64,000 bases of DNA from Tetramitus jugosus (taxonomy: Eukaryota; Protista; Heterolobosea): assembly GCA_937625935.1 (NCBI GenBank), contig OW569386.1, forward strand, positions 186,001 through 250,000, in the 5' to 3' direction. Under the pieces are notes generated by a model. That model was not told the origin of the DNA. It saw only the letters and a program-made list of their open reading frames with translations, and did no database searches. The translations under genes were made by a program, and so were the position numbers. Positions 46,746 through 57,509 of this stretch are shown in pieces (position 1 is the first letter of the stretch; each line of letters begins with the position of its first letter).

Positions 46746-47495
46746 ATGCCACAACAAACAAACAAGTCAGGCCAGCCGGATAACAACACACCTCAGGTTC
46801 TGTATTGCAATGTGAGTACAAGAGATCAAGTCACGAATGAAATTATAGGAGAATACATGGTGAAGGGCACAACTTACCAAGTAGAGAGACTTCGCTCCAC
46901 GGTCAACCGAGTCCTGTTGAGCTCTGTGCTCGCTCCAAGCAATGTAGGATATCAACAAGCAGGATCTAGTTATAACGAGAAGAGAAACGATGTGATGAAG
47001 ATGAGGCACTCTTTTGCTTCTGACAAATTTCATATTCATGTTCTGGTGGATGACAAGCATGCGTATAGTTGTGTTGCATTCTCGTACACGAGAACAGAGA
47101 TTTGCTACAATTGTTTGGAACGAGTACAAAAGCAGTTGCAAGAGCAAAGGACAAACAAACTCAATTTGCAGGTGATCCTTGCTTCGTCTGTGCAGTTTGT
47201 CAACGATCCAGCCAACTCGAAGATATTGAACGCCCAGAATCAGATTGGTGAGCTCAAGGGAATCATGTTGAACAATGTCGATAAGATTTTGGATAATATG
47301 GAATATGTGGATCAGTTGTCACACCAGACTGAACGATTGAATGACGGTGGTGAAACATTTCTAAAGAAGACCAACACGGTGAAGAATCACAAGATGGGTC
47401 GTATGATTGTGTTTGTGCTCATTCTTCTCCTGATTATTGGTATTGTTCTGGCAGCAGGAGGATTCACAGTTTACATGCTTCTCATTCGAAAATAA
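46746..47495 (+). CDS. Longin R-SNARE (VAMP7-like)
   Basis: N-terminal longin domain (FHIH....AYSCVA...CYNCLERV); SNARE motif QIGELKGIMLNNVDKIL...L...TERL; C-terminal TM. Confidence 0.8.
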   Translation: MPQQTNKSGQPDNNTPQVLYCNVSTRDQVTNEIIGEYMVKGTTYQVERLRSTVNRVLLSSVLAPSNVGYQQAGSSYNEKRNDVMKMRHSFASDKFHIHVLVDDKHAYSCVAFSYTRTEICYNCLERVQKQLQEQRTNKLNLQVILASSVQFVNDPANSKILNAQNQIGELKGIMLNNVDKILDNMEYVDQLSHQTERLNDGGETFLKKTNTVKNHKMGRMIVFVLILLLIIGIVLAAGGFTVYMLLIRK

Positions 47496-47612
47496 AAGAA
47501 TTTTCTCTTTATATAAGTGTCGTCTTCGAATTCGAATGGCACTATTCGCCATTGTTCCGTTGTACAAAATTGTATTACAAAATGGTTCTTTCTGTGAAAT
47601 ATAATATGATAA

Positions 47613-49463
47613 TTAATAGTAATCTCTGTTGTTGGATTGTTCCTTCCTGGTGATGATAGTTGCGGCGTTGTCTTGATAAGGATCCTTTGCCTGAGGCGTT
47701 CCCGAGTAGTCAGAGTAGGACTCTGTCATTTCAGAGTGATCACTTGACTCCCATTCAGTTTCATCTGCATCTGCATAGGAATCCGATGCACCAGAGTCTT
47801 TCCTTCTCATTGAAGCAGGCGTGTTGTAATAGGGCTGTGTCTGATAGTGATAATAGGATTGAGTCCTATTGAATGGCATTGGCAAACGATTGTTTGAAGC
47901 GGTGTTGTTGGATGATGGGAAGCTCATACGGTTTCGCAAAAAGGCCTGTGATGAACTGTCAGTTCCTCTGGAGCTGCCCCAACCTCTGCCCAACACCCAC
48001 AACACACTACAAATGGGAATAATCTCCCATAGCACGAAACATAGCATAATCAAACACTTTCCTCTGTCCGTTTCTCGCAAATGTTGGAAACTCGTGTCCC
48101 AATTAATATGAGGCAACAATGGCAATATATCAATAATCGTCCGTGACAAGAACAACATTGTGTTCAACACAATCAACGGCAAAATCATTGGTCCATTGAG
48201 CTTGAGTGTCAATCCTGCACTTCCATTATTCCCATTGCTACCACCATTGACACTGCTATTCAGCATTGCAACCTGTTGTTGTTGCCTCGATTTCTTTCGA
48301 TGCAAAACGAGCAAAATCACTCCAAACAGCACCAACAACAGTCCCAACACTGAAAATCCAACACCAGTCACAATATTCATCGCATCCATCCACCTCGTCT
48401 TCACCATGATATTGTGCCTCAAACATAGCATGCTACAATAGGTCACCACCAATGCAAGCACCGATATCGTAATCAACACATAACACAAAATGACTGATAA
48501 ATAAAAACAGTTGCCTCTCATGCGTTTGATTCGTTTGGATTTCCAAAGTTTTTTCATTGGTCGTGCACAACAACAACACAACACTCCAAACAAGGAACGC
48601 TTGTCACTGCTTGCTCTGTTTTCTACATGTTGATGTGCATGGTATGGAAAATCACCACCACTACTACTACCACCACCATAATAATAGCCATGAGTCGTCC
48701 CTCCATAGTTTGACTGTTGACTCATCAAACTACTGTTTGGATGATAATGATTCGTTGCCGTCGAAGAAGAAGCACCAGTCATAGCACCACTCGTAGTGGT
48801 CAACGGTGCTACAGTGGTGGAGGCAGTCGTAGTGGTTGTCGTGTCTGGAATTTTCATTGCTTCGACTTGCCAAATGCGCAATGAATCATTGACTCGTTTC
48901 CGACTCGTGGCATCATAAATGACAAACACGATCCATACGAGCAACAAACCAAACACAAAAAATTGTAAACTGACTGGCACATAGAACAGAAAAAAGAGAG
49001 AACAGGAGCTAAAGGTGCCATCCAATGGAGCAAACCAGAAAATGGTTCTCAACAGCATCCATGCAAAGCTTAGAATAAGGAACCATGGATGAAAGGACAA
49101 TGGATTGTGTCTCTTGTAAAAATGAATGACGAGGAGCAATAGACAGGTCACTGTGAGGATACTGCTGAGTATACCAAGTATGATACGATCATAGGTGTAT
49201 GTAGACTCTGGTGGTGATGGATTGGTGACTATACTGTTGTTGTTGATCGCATAGCTATTGTAGAGAAACGTGTATTGCGGTTGCTGCTGCGTTGTAGTAG
49301 AGTAGGCGGAGAAATCGTAGGGTGAGTTTTGGCGGGAAAGTTGGGAGAGTGTCGGAAGAATATGGGAGGTGAGAATTCGATAGTAGGGAGAGAGAAAGTG
49401 AGCATCCACATCATACAGATTTGGTGTTGTTGATGATGTTGCTGTGGACGCACATTGGAACAT
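47613..49463 (-). CDS. GPR137/TOM1-like seven-TM protein
   Basis: 7 TM helices, WMLLRTIFW, P.SLQFFVFGLL, FLSR, WEIIP; Ser/acidic tail. Confidence 0.75.
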   Translation of the reverse strand: MFQCASTATSSTTPNLYDVDAHFLSPYYRILTSHILPTLSQLSRQNSPYDFSAYSTTTQQQPQYTFLYNSYAINNNSIVTNPSPPESTYTYDRIILGILSSILTVTCLLLLVIHFYKRHNPLSFHPWFLILSFAWMLLRTIFWFAPLDGTFSSCSLFFLFYVPVSLQFFVFGLLLVWIVFVIYDATSRKRVNDSLRIWQVEAMKIPDTTTTTTASTTVAPLTTTSGAMTGASSSTATNHYHPNSSLMSQQSNYGGTTHGYYYGGGSSSGGDFPYHAHQHVENRASSDKRSLFGVLCCCCARPMKKLWKSKRIKRMRGNCFYLSVILCYVLITISVLALVVTYCSMLCLRHNIMVKTRWMDAMNIVTGVGFSVLGLLLVLFGVILLVLHRKKSRQQQQVAMLNSSVNGGSNGNNGSAGLTLKLNGPMILPLIVLNTMLFLSRTIIDILPLLPHINWDTSFQHLRETDRGKCLIMLCFVLWEIIPICSVLWVLGRGWGSSRGTDSSSQAFLRNRMSFPSSNNTASNNRLPMPFNRTQSYYHYQTQPYYNTPASMRRKDSGASDSYADADETEWESSDHSEMTESYSDYSGTPQAKDPYQDNAATIITRKEQSNNRDYY

Positions 49464-49637
49464 TTTGTTGTTGTTTGTTGTGTGTTTTGTTTTTTGTTTT
49501 TTTCTGCCCCATTTCCCATCTCCGATGATCCGGAGAAACTAGGTGGCGCTGAAAATCCTTCTAATTTGAAGATTTACCGATTTCTCGAAAACTCTGGCGA
49601 GAACTTTCTGGAAGAAACAGAGCCAAAGATTCAAACC

Positions 49638-51419
49638 ATGACAGATCACCAAATAATGGTACATCCCTCGAGTGTACAACAACTGCCTCTCCTTACGAGC
49701 TTACCTAACGATGTTATACCTCTTGTGGCACAATACCTGGACACATTGCATGACCGCATGAATCTTCGTCACTCGTGTTCCTTGATGATGGAGGTATCCA
49801 ACACGCTGACCGACAGGTTTTTCGAAGTGTCTGATGGATATGGAGAATCATTTGTCATTTTCTCGACTGATGTAGACTTTTATGTCAATTACTTTGTTGG
49901 GTTGTCTGGATCGTTGCGTTCAGAAATGGAAAGCACAGGTCACTTGAGCCCATTTACCAAATTGTTGTTGTCAATGATTGTTCGGAGCAATAGTCGACTC
50001 ATGGAACAATGTGGATTCTCGGTCAGTAAACATGTGACAGATGGTTTCTTTTATTGCATGATGCGCAGCTTGTTGGATGAGACGACTCCGAGCGAAATTG
50101 TGGACTTGTTCGTGAGTGAGTGTCGATACAATAGTTCCTTTTGGAATGAAATCGATCGTATCGCAGGTTACGTTTATCCAAGAATACTGTTCTATGAAAC
50201 GTTTGTGAGACTGTCCAAAAGCAAGAGATTGTCTCAGGTACTTCCCTTGTTGGTCAAAGAGGCTGGTATTCGAGTATTTTCGATCGACTTTTATCCAAGC
50301 CATGAGTTGATTCACAATTCCTCGGGACTCGTGTGCAATCACACTGTTGCATCATTTACAGTTGTTCATCTGGCAGCGTTTCTGAAAGATTATGATGCAC
50401 TACTGTGCATGCACACATTGAAGGAGGATGTTATCGATTCAGAATCGCATCACAATAGAACTGCGTTTCAGTTATGTTGTGAAGATCCCAACTTGTATGA
50501 TGTGGCTCTCTTTCTCCTTGAAAATTTTACTCTTGAAAGTTGTACTCAAGTACCAAGGAGGATTGCGTTGGATCAGACCCATCCTCTAGCTTCAAAAGTT
50601 ACTGAAACACTCGCAAAGAGAGGAATAGTGTGGGATTACAGTCCTACCGAGGAAATCGCTTTTGAAGATCTGGATCAATTGGAAGAGGCAGATTCACAGA
50701 GCTTAAGAGATGAATACGACAGTGAGATCCAGCTGAGTGATGATAGTGATGAGGAAGACTCTATTGGGATGAGAGATGAGCAGGGTTTGGACATTCTAGA
50801 TCTGTTTGATGCTGATATCGAGACCATCGAAGAGTTGGGCAAAATGTTTGAAGTCACTGTTGATCGGAATCCAGAAGAATATGTGGAGGAGTTCTATGCC
50901 TTAAGAAAAAAAGATGTACATATTCGCTCTCTAAAACCATGTGGTGTCACTGAAGAGGCTGCTAATAATGAGCCATGCGAAGAGGAACCGAAAGCCAAGA
51001 AACCAAAGCTAGTGCATGGTGTTGTATCTCGTGAGGAGCTGGTGATACCAAAGGAAGTATTTCGTGAGATTGTCCAGGAGGAAGTTCGCAACTACGCGGT
51101 AGATGATGTGTTCTCTCCTGCGGCTCTCGTGACAGTCCAGCGTGGATGTGAATTGTTTCTTTCAAATATGCTTGGACTAAGTGACAAATGCGTGTATATT
51201 AAGCCTATTAAGCACAAGGTTATAGGTGCACGGGACACATTGAGACACGAAGCATGGAGTCTAAGAGATATTTGTCCAGGGGATTCCACTCTAGCTGAAG
51301 AATTGGATGATGACGATGATTTCGATTCTGACTTCTCTTCCGTATCCTCAGATTCTTGCAGTGACATACTTCATGAATGCAGTGAGGATTTCTATGGTGA
51401 CGCGGATTACTATGAATAG
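49638..51419 (+). CDS. F-box + ankyrin + histone H3-fold fusion protein
   Basis: F-box LTSLPNDVIPLVAQYLDTLHDRMNLRHSC; ankyrin TVVHLAA...NRTAFQLCC...VALFLLE; H3-like fold ELVIPKEVFREIVQE...FSPAALVTVQRGCELFLSNML...IGARD at 51036-51236. Confidence 0.75.
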   Translation: MTDHQIMVHPSSVQQLPLLTSLPNDVIPLVAQYLDTLHDRMNLRHSCSLMMEVSNTLTDRFFEVSDGYGESFVIFSTDVDFYVNYFVGLSGSLRSEMESTGHLSPFTKLLLSMIVRSNSRLMEQCGFSVSKHVTDGFFYCMMRSLLDETTPSEIVDLFVSECRYNSSFWNEIDRIAGYVYPRILFYETFVRLSKSKRLSQVLPLLVKEAGIRVFSIDFYPSHELIHNSSGLVCNHTVASFTVVHLAAFLKDYDALLCMHTLKEDVIDSESHHNRTAFQLCCEDPNLYDVALFLLENFTLESCTQVPRRIALDQTHPLASKVTETLAKRGIVWDYSPTEEIAFEDLDQLEEADSQSLRDEYDSEIQLSDDSDEEDSIGMRDEQGLDILDLFDADIETIEELGKMFEVTVDRNPEEYVEEFYALRKKDVHIRSLKPCGVTEEAANNEPCEEEPKAKKPKLVHGVVSREELVIPKEVFREIVQEEVRNYAVDDVFSPAALVTVQRGCELFLSNMLGLSDKCVYIKPIKHKVIGARDTLRHEAWSLRDICPGDSTLAEELDDDDDFDSDFSSVSSDSCSDILHECSEDFYGDADYYE

Positions 51420-51465
51420 GCGAATATTTAAGAGGTAAATTTATTTATTTTTGACAGTGCCACCA

Positions 51466-54400
51466 CTAATGAGATTTATAATCGGCATCAAAAGGAAGAA
51501 GAACAGCGGCAGTTCGCATGCGCTTACTCTTCACACGGTGCCAAGCTCGCACAAATCGAGCCCTGAATATATAACCAATCAGTCCAATGATGAGCAATAC
51601 AATGATATAGACTGTTAGTCCAGAACCATTGCTTTTCGCTTTCGGGAGCTCAGGCAGGCCTCCATAATGTACTTCTTTCTGTTCTTCAAGGATCAACGGA
51701 GGTTCTTGCTGTTTTTCTTGTTGCTGTTGTTGTTCTGGCACTTGCTGCTCTTGCTGTGGCTCTTGCACAGGCTGTTGCGGTACAGGATTTGGTTCTTGTG
51801 GCTCAATTTTTGGTGCGATCTGTGTTTGTGGACCTCGAACTTCCTTTGGCTGGTCGACAACTATCGGAATGTTTTGAGCTTCCAATTCTCTTAACAAGTT
51901 ATCCTCATTCAGTTTCATTTGAACCAAGAATGAAATAATACCGTTCGCTGGCACTGTGAAAGCGTGTTTGGCACCTGGAGTATTGAGTTGAGCTCCTTCA
52001 ATGGATAGAAGCTTTCGCTGACCTTGCACCATTCTTTCTTCTTTCTCCTTTAGTTTCTTAGCATTTGCTATGGCTTCATCTGACAAGAATACACCTTCTT
52101 CCTCAGTGTTTTGGTTCGCATCTTTGCTGCCACCTGCCACATTTGTTGTAAAAGAGAAGCTGATTTCCTTTCCTGCTTTGAACTTTGGTCTGAGATCATG
52201 GATAGTCTTCCGATTTGATGGAATATCATACACCAAATTCAGGGACTTACGTCTGATGTTCGAGATTGATAAATAGTTTGGTTTGAACAGGTTATCTAAA
52301 TCCACTGATATATCTTCCACAGGAGAGAAGTTTTGAATTCGTAATTGAATGTCTTCCGAAACGTAATCACGAGGTGACAGGGTCAAAATGTGCAAGTTGC
52401 TGTTCAGGTTCTCCGCTAGAGCATGAAACTCAGGTCTGTAATTCGCTGGACTATCTGTCACAAAAAGATTCAATGGTTGATTGATCATGTGCGAAATGGA
52501 GTGCATCCTAGAGACTGATTTTGCACTGAATCCCTTCTTAGTTTTCAACTTGAAGAAGAATGGCACGACCAAAGTATCTGAGTCATCGTTTGCTTGACTC
52601 ATACCTCGACCATCGTCCTTTGCTAAACGACGATGCACCATAATTTCCAATTCGTTGCCCCATGTAGTTACACCCATTGTGTGACCCGTCAAGACAACTA
52701 ATTGAGCATGATCGTACATGTAGATGGCACCGGCTTGTGTTGGGTAAAAATGTCCTGGAAGTGGCGCATCGGATTGCACAATTCGTCTCACTATATCCTT
52801 TCCGTCATACACCAACAGCTTTCCTGTCTTGTCTGATGCGACACCAAATCGAGTAGTCAACTCAGTGTTGCTAGGTAGAGTATGAATATCATAATTCATC
52901 TGGATGTAATCCGATGCGATATCACCATACTTGGAGGTAAGTGGCAACCGGATTGTCATCGTTAATCTTGCAGTTCCAATGATTGCTTGTTGGAACAAAG
53001 GACCACGGGTGATATGGATGTAGAATACTTTGTCATCGAGCAGAGACTGTGCTGCTCCTTCACTTCGGAAAATATAACTACCACTGCGTTGTGTGCGATA
53101 TTCCATGAATTGCTTCTTCACTCTGTGAATAGTACCGGCCACCTTCTCTTGAACAGAAGAAATGTAACCCGTCTTTGGATCCAAGTTTACGATATAGTGA
53201 TCATTTTCAATGGCAGGATTACCACCTTGTAAGTTTGTGAGATCACTTACTCTTATTGATTGAGGCACAAATACTGGTTTTTCATAGTCAGATTTCGATA
53301 GCTCAGTTGGTAGGAAGACAACATTTTCAGTTTGTTCATGTTCTTTCTTCTCGGTCGTTTCGTGAGATAATACTGTATACTTTTGGATTGCATAACCAGG
53401 AATAATCGCCAAGAAATAAATATCGTACCGACCAGTGTGCGCATAGTTGCCGTCAACAAATGTTAGTACGGGAACTGATTGCGAAGGAACAATTTCCCCC
53501 TTGGCATTCTTAACGGTTGCATATGGTCCATGACTGCGGATACGAATGATTCGAACACGGCGATCTGAATCACTATTGTGAACAATGAGGCCATATTCCT
53601 TGTTCTTTTCTAAGGTCATTTCGACTACTTCTTTCAATCCAGTACCACAATTTTCTGTACATAGAAGCGCATTGATCATTGTTTTCTGAATAGAGTTCGA
53701 CTTTGAAAGAACATTTGCCAATCGTTTCATATAATCATGGTACACTTCTTTCCTGCAAGTACCAGTGATACCATCATGATGCTGAATGAGAGCTACATTT
53801 TCTCTACTCGTCTGAATATCAGCAAAAATGTCAATCCATTCGGTTTCTCCGGCTGATGGCAACACATTCTCAGATAAACGAGTAAATAAAAGTGCATTCT
53901 CGGCGGCATTCAATGCACTCTCAGCATCTCTCGCACGCTTCTTCAAATTTGGCAAAGTGGCATAATAACCGGTCCAATATGAATCTTCATTGTCGGCATA
54001 AGGTACAAAATCTTGACGAACGACTGGTAGTTCAACATTATCTCGCCTCAAATCAGACAGCATTGCATCAAAATACTCTCCCACTGTTCCATAACGAATA
54101 GTGACCTCTCCCTTAAAATTCTCATTAATATACTCAATCACTTGATCCATATTCGTAAATTGCACATCTGCATTCTTAAACTTAAAGTCATCGCCAAACG
54201 GTATCATGATACGTTTTGTTCTATAGTGTGCTGATCTCCTCCTCACTTCATCTACAAACACCTTTGACCGACTCTCAACGTTTGATTTCGTAATACGCTG
54301 CACACCACTATTCTCAAAATCAAAGCCAAACACTGCACTGTAATGCGTGTGCAACACATGAGTAAAAATCTCTGTAGAGTTTGCATTGTTTGCCGATTTG

Positions 54401-55259
54401 AACCGCCACAAGAATTCCAACGCCTTTTCATTCTTCATCTGTGCCTTGATACGATGATGCACACGATTAATCACAATCGAATCCAATCCCATCTCTGCAT
54501 ACAATTGCGCCACTCGACCATCATGACCAAACGGATCAATCTGCCACGCGTGCTTTATACGAATACCGAATCGTTCCAACAAGTATTGATGACCAATCGT
54601 CATTTGATCAATGATGGATGTATAGCTCGGACATGCTTCATCATTCTGAACCCAACCACCACCCACCATCTCCAACCGATTCTCCCCAATCAAATCATGA
54701 ACAATTTGTTGCGTTTCAAAATTTTGAATTTCGAACCACTACCAATAACAAAAAAAATCAACATCGTTACCACCAACAGAGCTTTTTTTTTTCGACAGAT
54801 ATGAGAGAGAAACAACAACAAATGAATCATGTCAATTGTAGTACTACAAACCTCCTTAAAATACAAGGTATCTGCCCAAACAAACTTTCTGTGCTTATTA
54901 TTCTTGATGGCAGAGATAATGTTACTCAAGATTTGAAACACTTCTTGTTGATAGCCCCTCACTGATTTCAACCAACCCTATATACGTACGATTATCATCA
55001 TCATCATCATCAATTCTTCTTTTGTTAATATCACAAAGAATCATAATCAACTAAAAAAATAAACAAAGCTTTCAAAGGTAAAACGTACGGGATCAGTGTG
55101 CGAATGTGGAATAATATAGACATCGATTGGATTGCTTTGCTTTGCACTTGTAAAGACTGATGATGACGATGATGAAAAGTGAAAAATGACAATGATGGAT
55201 AACAACAGAGAGATGACCAACAATGATAGTGTTGGTTGTTTGGATGTTTGTCTGTTCAT
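51466..55259 (-). CDS. GH38 class II alpha-mannosidase with C-terminal TM anchor; introns 55088-54978 and 54851-54739
   Basis: Spliced PHSHTDP-GWLK, GGGWVQNDEA, WQIDPFGH, PFGDDF, YWTGYY, QHHDGITGT, HRRL..DD.RG. Confidence 0.92.
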
Positions 55260-55381
55260 TATCGTCGTATGATCATCAATCGCTTGATTTTTTTTGTTGT
55301 TGTTTTTTTTCTGGCTTGATTTTCGATGGTGCGTGACAGTTTTGTGATGGTCATGCTGCGCGTGATGGGAGATAATTTGGG

Positions 55382-55404
55382 TGCACGAAGCGGGATTTGA
55401 ACCC
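55382..55404 (-). other. Isolated tRNA 3' fragment / B-box (Leu-like)
   Basis: GGGTTCAAATCCCGCTTCGTGCA: T-loop, 3' T-stem, 7-nt acceptor strand and discriminator; no 5' half nearby. Confidence 0.45.
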
Positions 55405-55456
55405 TGAGCGAAATAAAAATTGAATACAAACAAGAAGGAAGTTTATGTCTTGTTGT

Positions 55457-56728
55457 TTACTTGGGTGTCGTGTCAAATTGTACACAAACACCAAAATGAT
55501 CACTGAGGTGAAGATATTCTTCCTTGGGTGGTTGGGGTTGGTTTCTTTGATTGGACTCGAGGAAAGAGTATCGTTGAGTTTGATTGCTTCTCGTTCGTGC
55601 ATTCTTGTCTGGCCACACTGGATCCATTGCAAATATGGTCATGTCTCTCGGATTCAATGCTTTTCCTCCAGTCCATCTGTAGATACGGTCGAGCCTCCAC
55701 CTGAATGGTTCTTGGTTCTGATCTACAGGCAAACTCATCATTTGCACAAGTGTGTTTAATGTGTTGTCCAGTGTGTATCCTGGATCGTTCGCACCCTTCA
55801 GTTCCACCCACAAATCAGTGAATTGACTTTTGCTGACGAATTCATCTTCGTTTTTAAACAAGAAGTTAAAATCACCCAGCATGAGATACTCATCAAATTC
55901 GTTCATTTTGTCGTTGAGATACTGTTCAAGTTCAATCAGTTGTTGTCTTCTTTGTTCTATGTTGTGCTGTGCATTACCAGCTTTCAGGTGAAGACCACAT
56001 AGACCTAGTCTCATGACCTTGTCATTGCCCAACGGAACTGCTATCTTGGCAAATAAACATGCCTTGTTCCTGGTCAATGGAACGAGTGACAGGTCTTCAT
56101 TGTATCCAAACTTGTATGTGTATTCGTCAAGGGACTCAATGGGAAACTTCGATAGAATAATGGTTCCATAGGGTACAACTGTTGAATAAGCAGTATTCAC
56201 AGTGTTATTGGCATCTCCCACTCTAAAGCTGGAACGACAAACTTCACTCAAGTAATAAGTGTTCATGATGAACTCATTCATGATTAATCGACTCAAATAA
56301 GTCGGAGTGACCTCGTTCAACACCAAGATGTCAAAGTTCATCTGTTCAAACATTTCAAACTGTTTCTCATATCTCACATGATTGTGCAACAATTCTGGTG
56401 TGTAATTGTCAAACAAGATGTTGAACGTGGCAACACGCAACTTTCCATTGTTCACATCACTTACAATATTTTTTGTAAGTGGTTTTCGTTTTGACGGAGT
56501 ATCAACAACGCAAGTATATTTCTCTTGATCGAAACGAAACACTGGCAGTTTGATACTTTGACCTGGCTTAGGCTTCAGAGTGCTTCCTTCACCCCTGTTT
56601 TGCAATGATTTTTCCGTGGTACTGCTGAGAGCAACCGAGGTTTCATTTGTGGATAGCTGTGATATTACACCAGGAGTGAGAGAGGTGGGATTGAGGTGAT
56701 CACAGATGACCGAGAGACGTTTTTTCAT
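55457..56728 (-). CDS. EEP-superfamily phosphodiesterase (TDP2-like) with N-terminal PTS2
   Basis: TFNI, LNEV, HLKA, GDFN, DLW....GYT.D...N, RLDR, SDHFG; MKK-RLSVICDHL. Confidence 0.85.
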   Translation of the reverse strand: MKKRLSVICDHLNPTSLTPGVISQLSTNETSVALSSTTEKSLQNRGEGSTLKPKPGQSIKLPVFRFDQEKYTCVVDTPSKRKPLTKNIVSDVNNGKLRVATFNILFDNYTPELLHNHVRYEKQFEMFEQMNFDILVLNEVTPTYLSRLIMNEFIMNTYYLSEVCRSSFRVGDANNTVNTAYSTVVPYGTIILSKFPIESLDEYTYKFGYNEDLSLVPLTRNKACLFAKIAVPLGNDKVMRLGLCGLHLKAGNAQHNIEQRRQQLIELEQYLNDKMNEFDEYLMLGDFNFLFKNEDEFVSKSQFTDLWVELKGANDPGYTLDNTLNTLVQMMSLPVDQNQEPFRWRLDRIYRWTGGKALNPRDMTIFAMDPVWPDKNARTRSNQTQRYSFLESNQRNQPQPPKEEYLHLSDHFGVCVQFDTTPK

Positions 56729-57015
56729 TGAAATGATTGTTTTGTTCAGCTTTCTTCCAGTTCGCAAGAAGGTGAACTTGAGCAAGTGCGAATGTGCGAA
56801 TGTGATCTACCGATTTAAAACAAAAGCACAAGTACCCGAAAGGAAAAGGAAAGAGGCGTACTGATATAGATTTATCGAAAGTTACATTGTATATCCTTTA
56901 ACCTATTTCGCTTATGTATTTTCGAATTTTCCTTTCTTCTTTCTTGACCTACAGAGCTGATCACGCAGTCTAACAAAACAGTCCTGCTGGGTAAATTCTC
57001 AGGCAGAACACGATT

Positions 57016-57480
57016 TTAATTCGGACAAACGTATGTATAGTAGATCCAACTATTCACAAGGACCAACATTGCTGTGCAACAACGTCTCCAGGAAACATTC
57101 CTATGTAAGGACTTTTCATTGACCATGTTCATGTTGAAAGCATCAACATGACCCATCCCATTCTTTGTGTAATCATCTGTAATTAATGGAACATTCATAT
57201 CTGAACGCTGACTCCCTGTAAATTCGAATGTTATAGTAATTCTTCTACCAGGATTGAGATCAACAGACCCCCTATGAATAAATATTTGAATAAATTTCTC
57301 AGATCCCCTCCCTAGGGGCCTGATAAATATCTGGACGCTTCCACTAGTGATACCAAAACCTCTCAGTACTACATCCATAATCAACTTGTCACCTCCATAA
57401 TAATTGTTCCAATAACAACGAAACTGTCCAGAACCCTGAGGGAGGGTATCGAGTGCCGAATTGCCCAACTTTCTCAGAAT
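57016..57480 (-). pseudogene. Decayed member of a locally repeated gene family (copy 2 of 3)
   Basis: Homologous to 43987-44132, and in inverted orientation to 60640-60720 (CCCCTAGGGAGG...TGAGAAATTTATTCAAATATTTATTCAT). Confidence 0.55.
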
Positions 57481-57509
57481 TTCATCTTCTTCTTTGGCTT
57501 TTTTAATAC

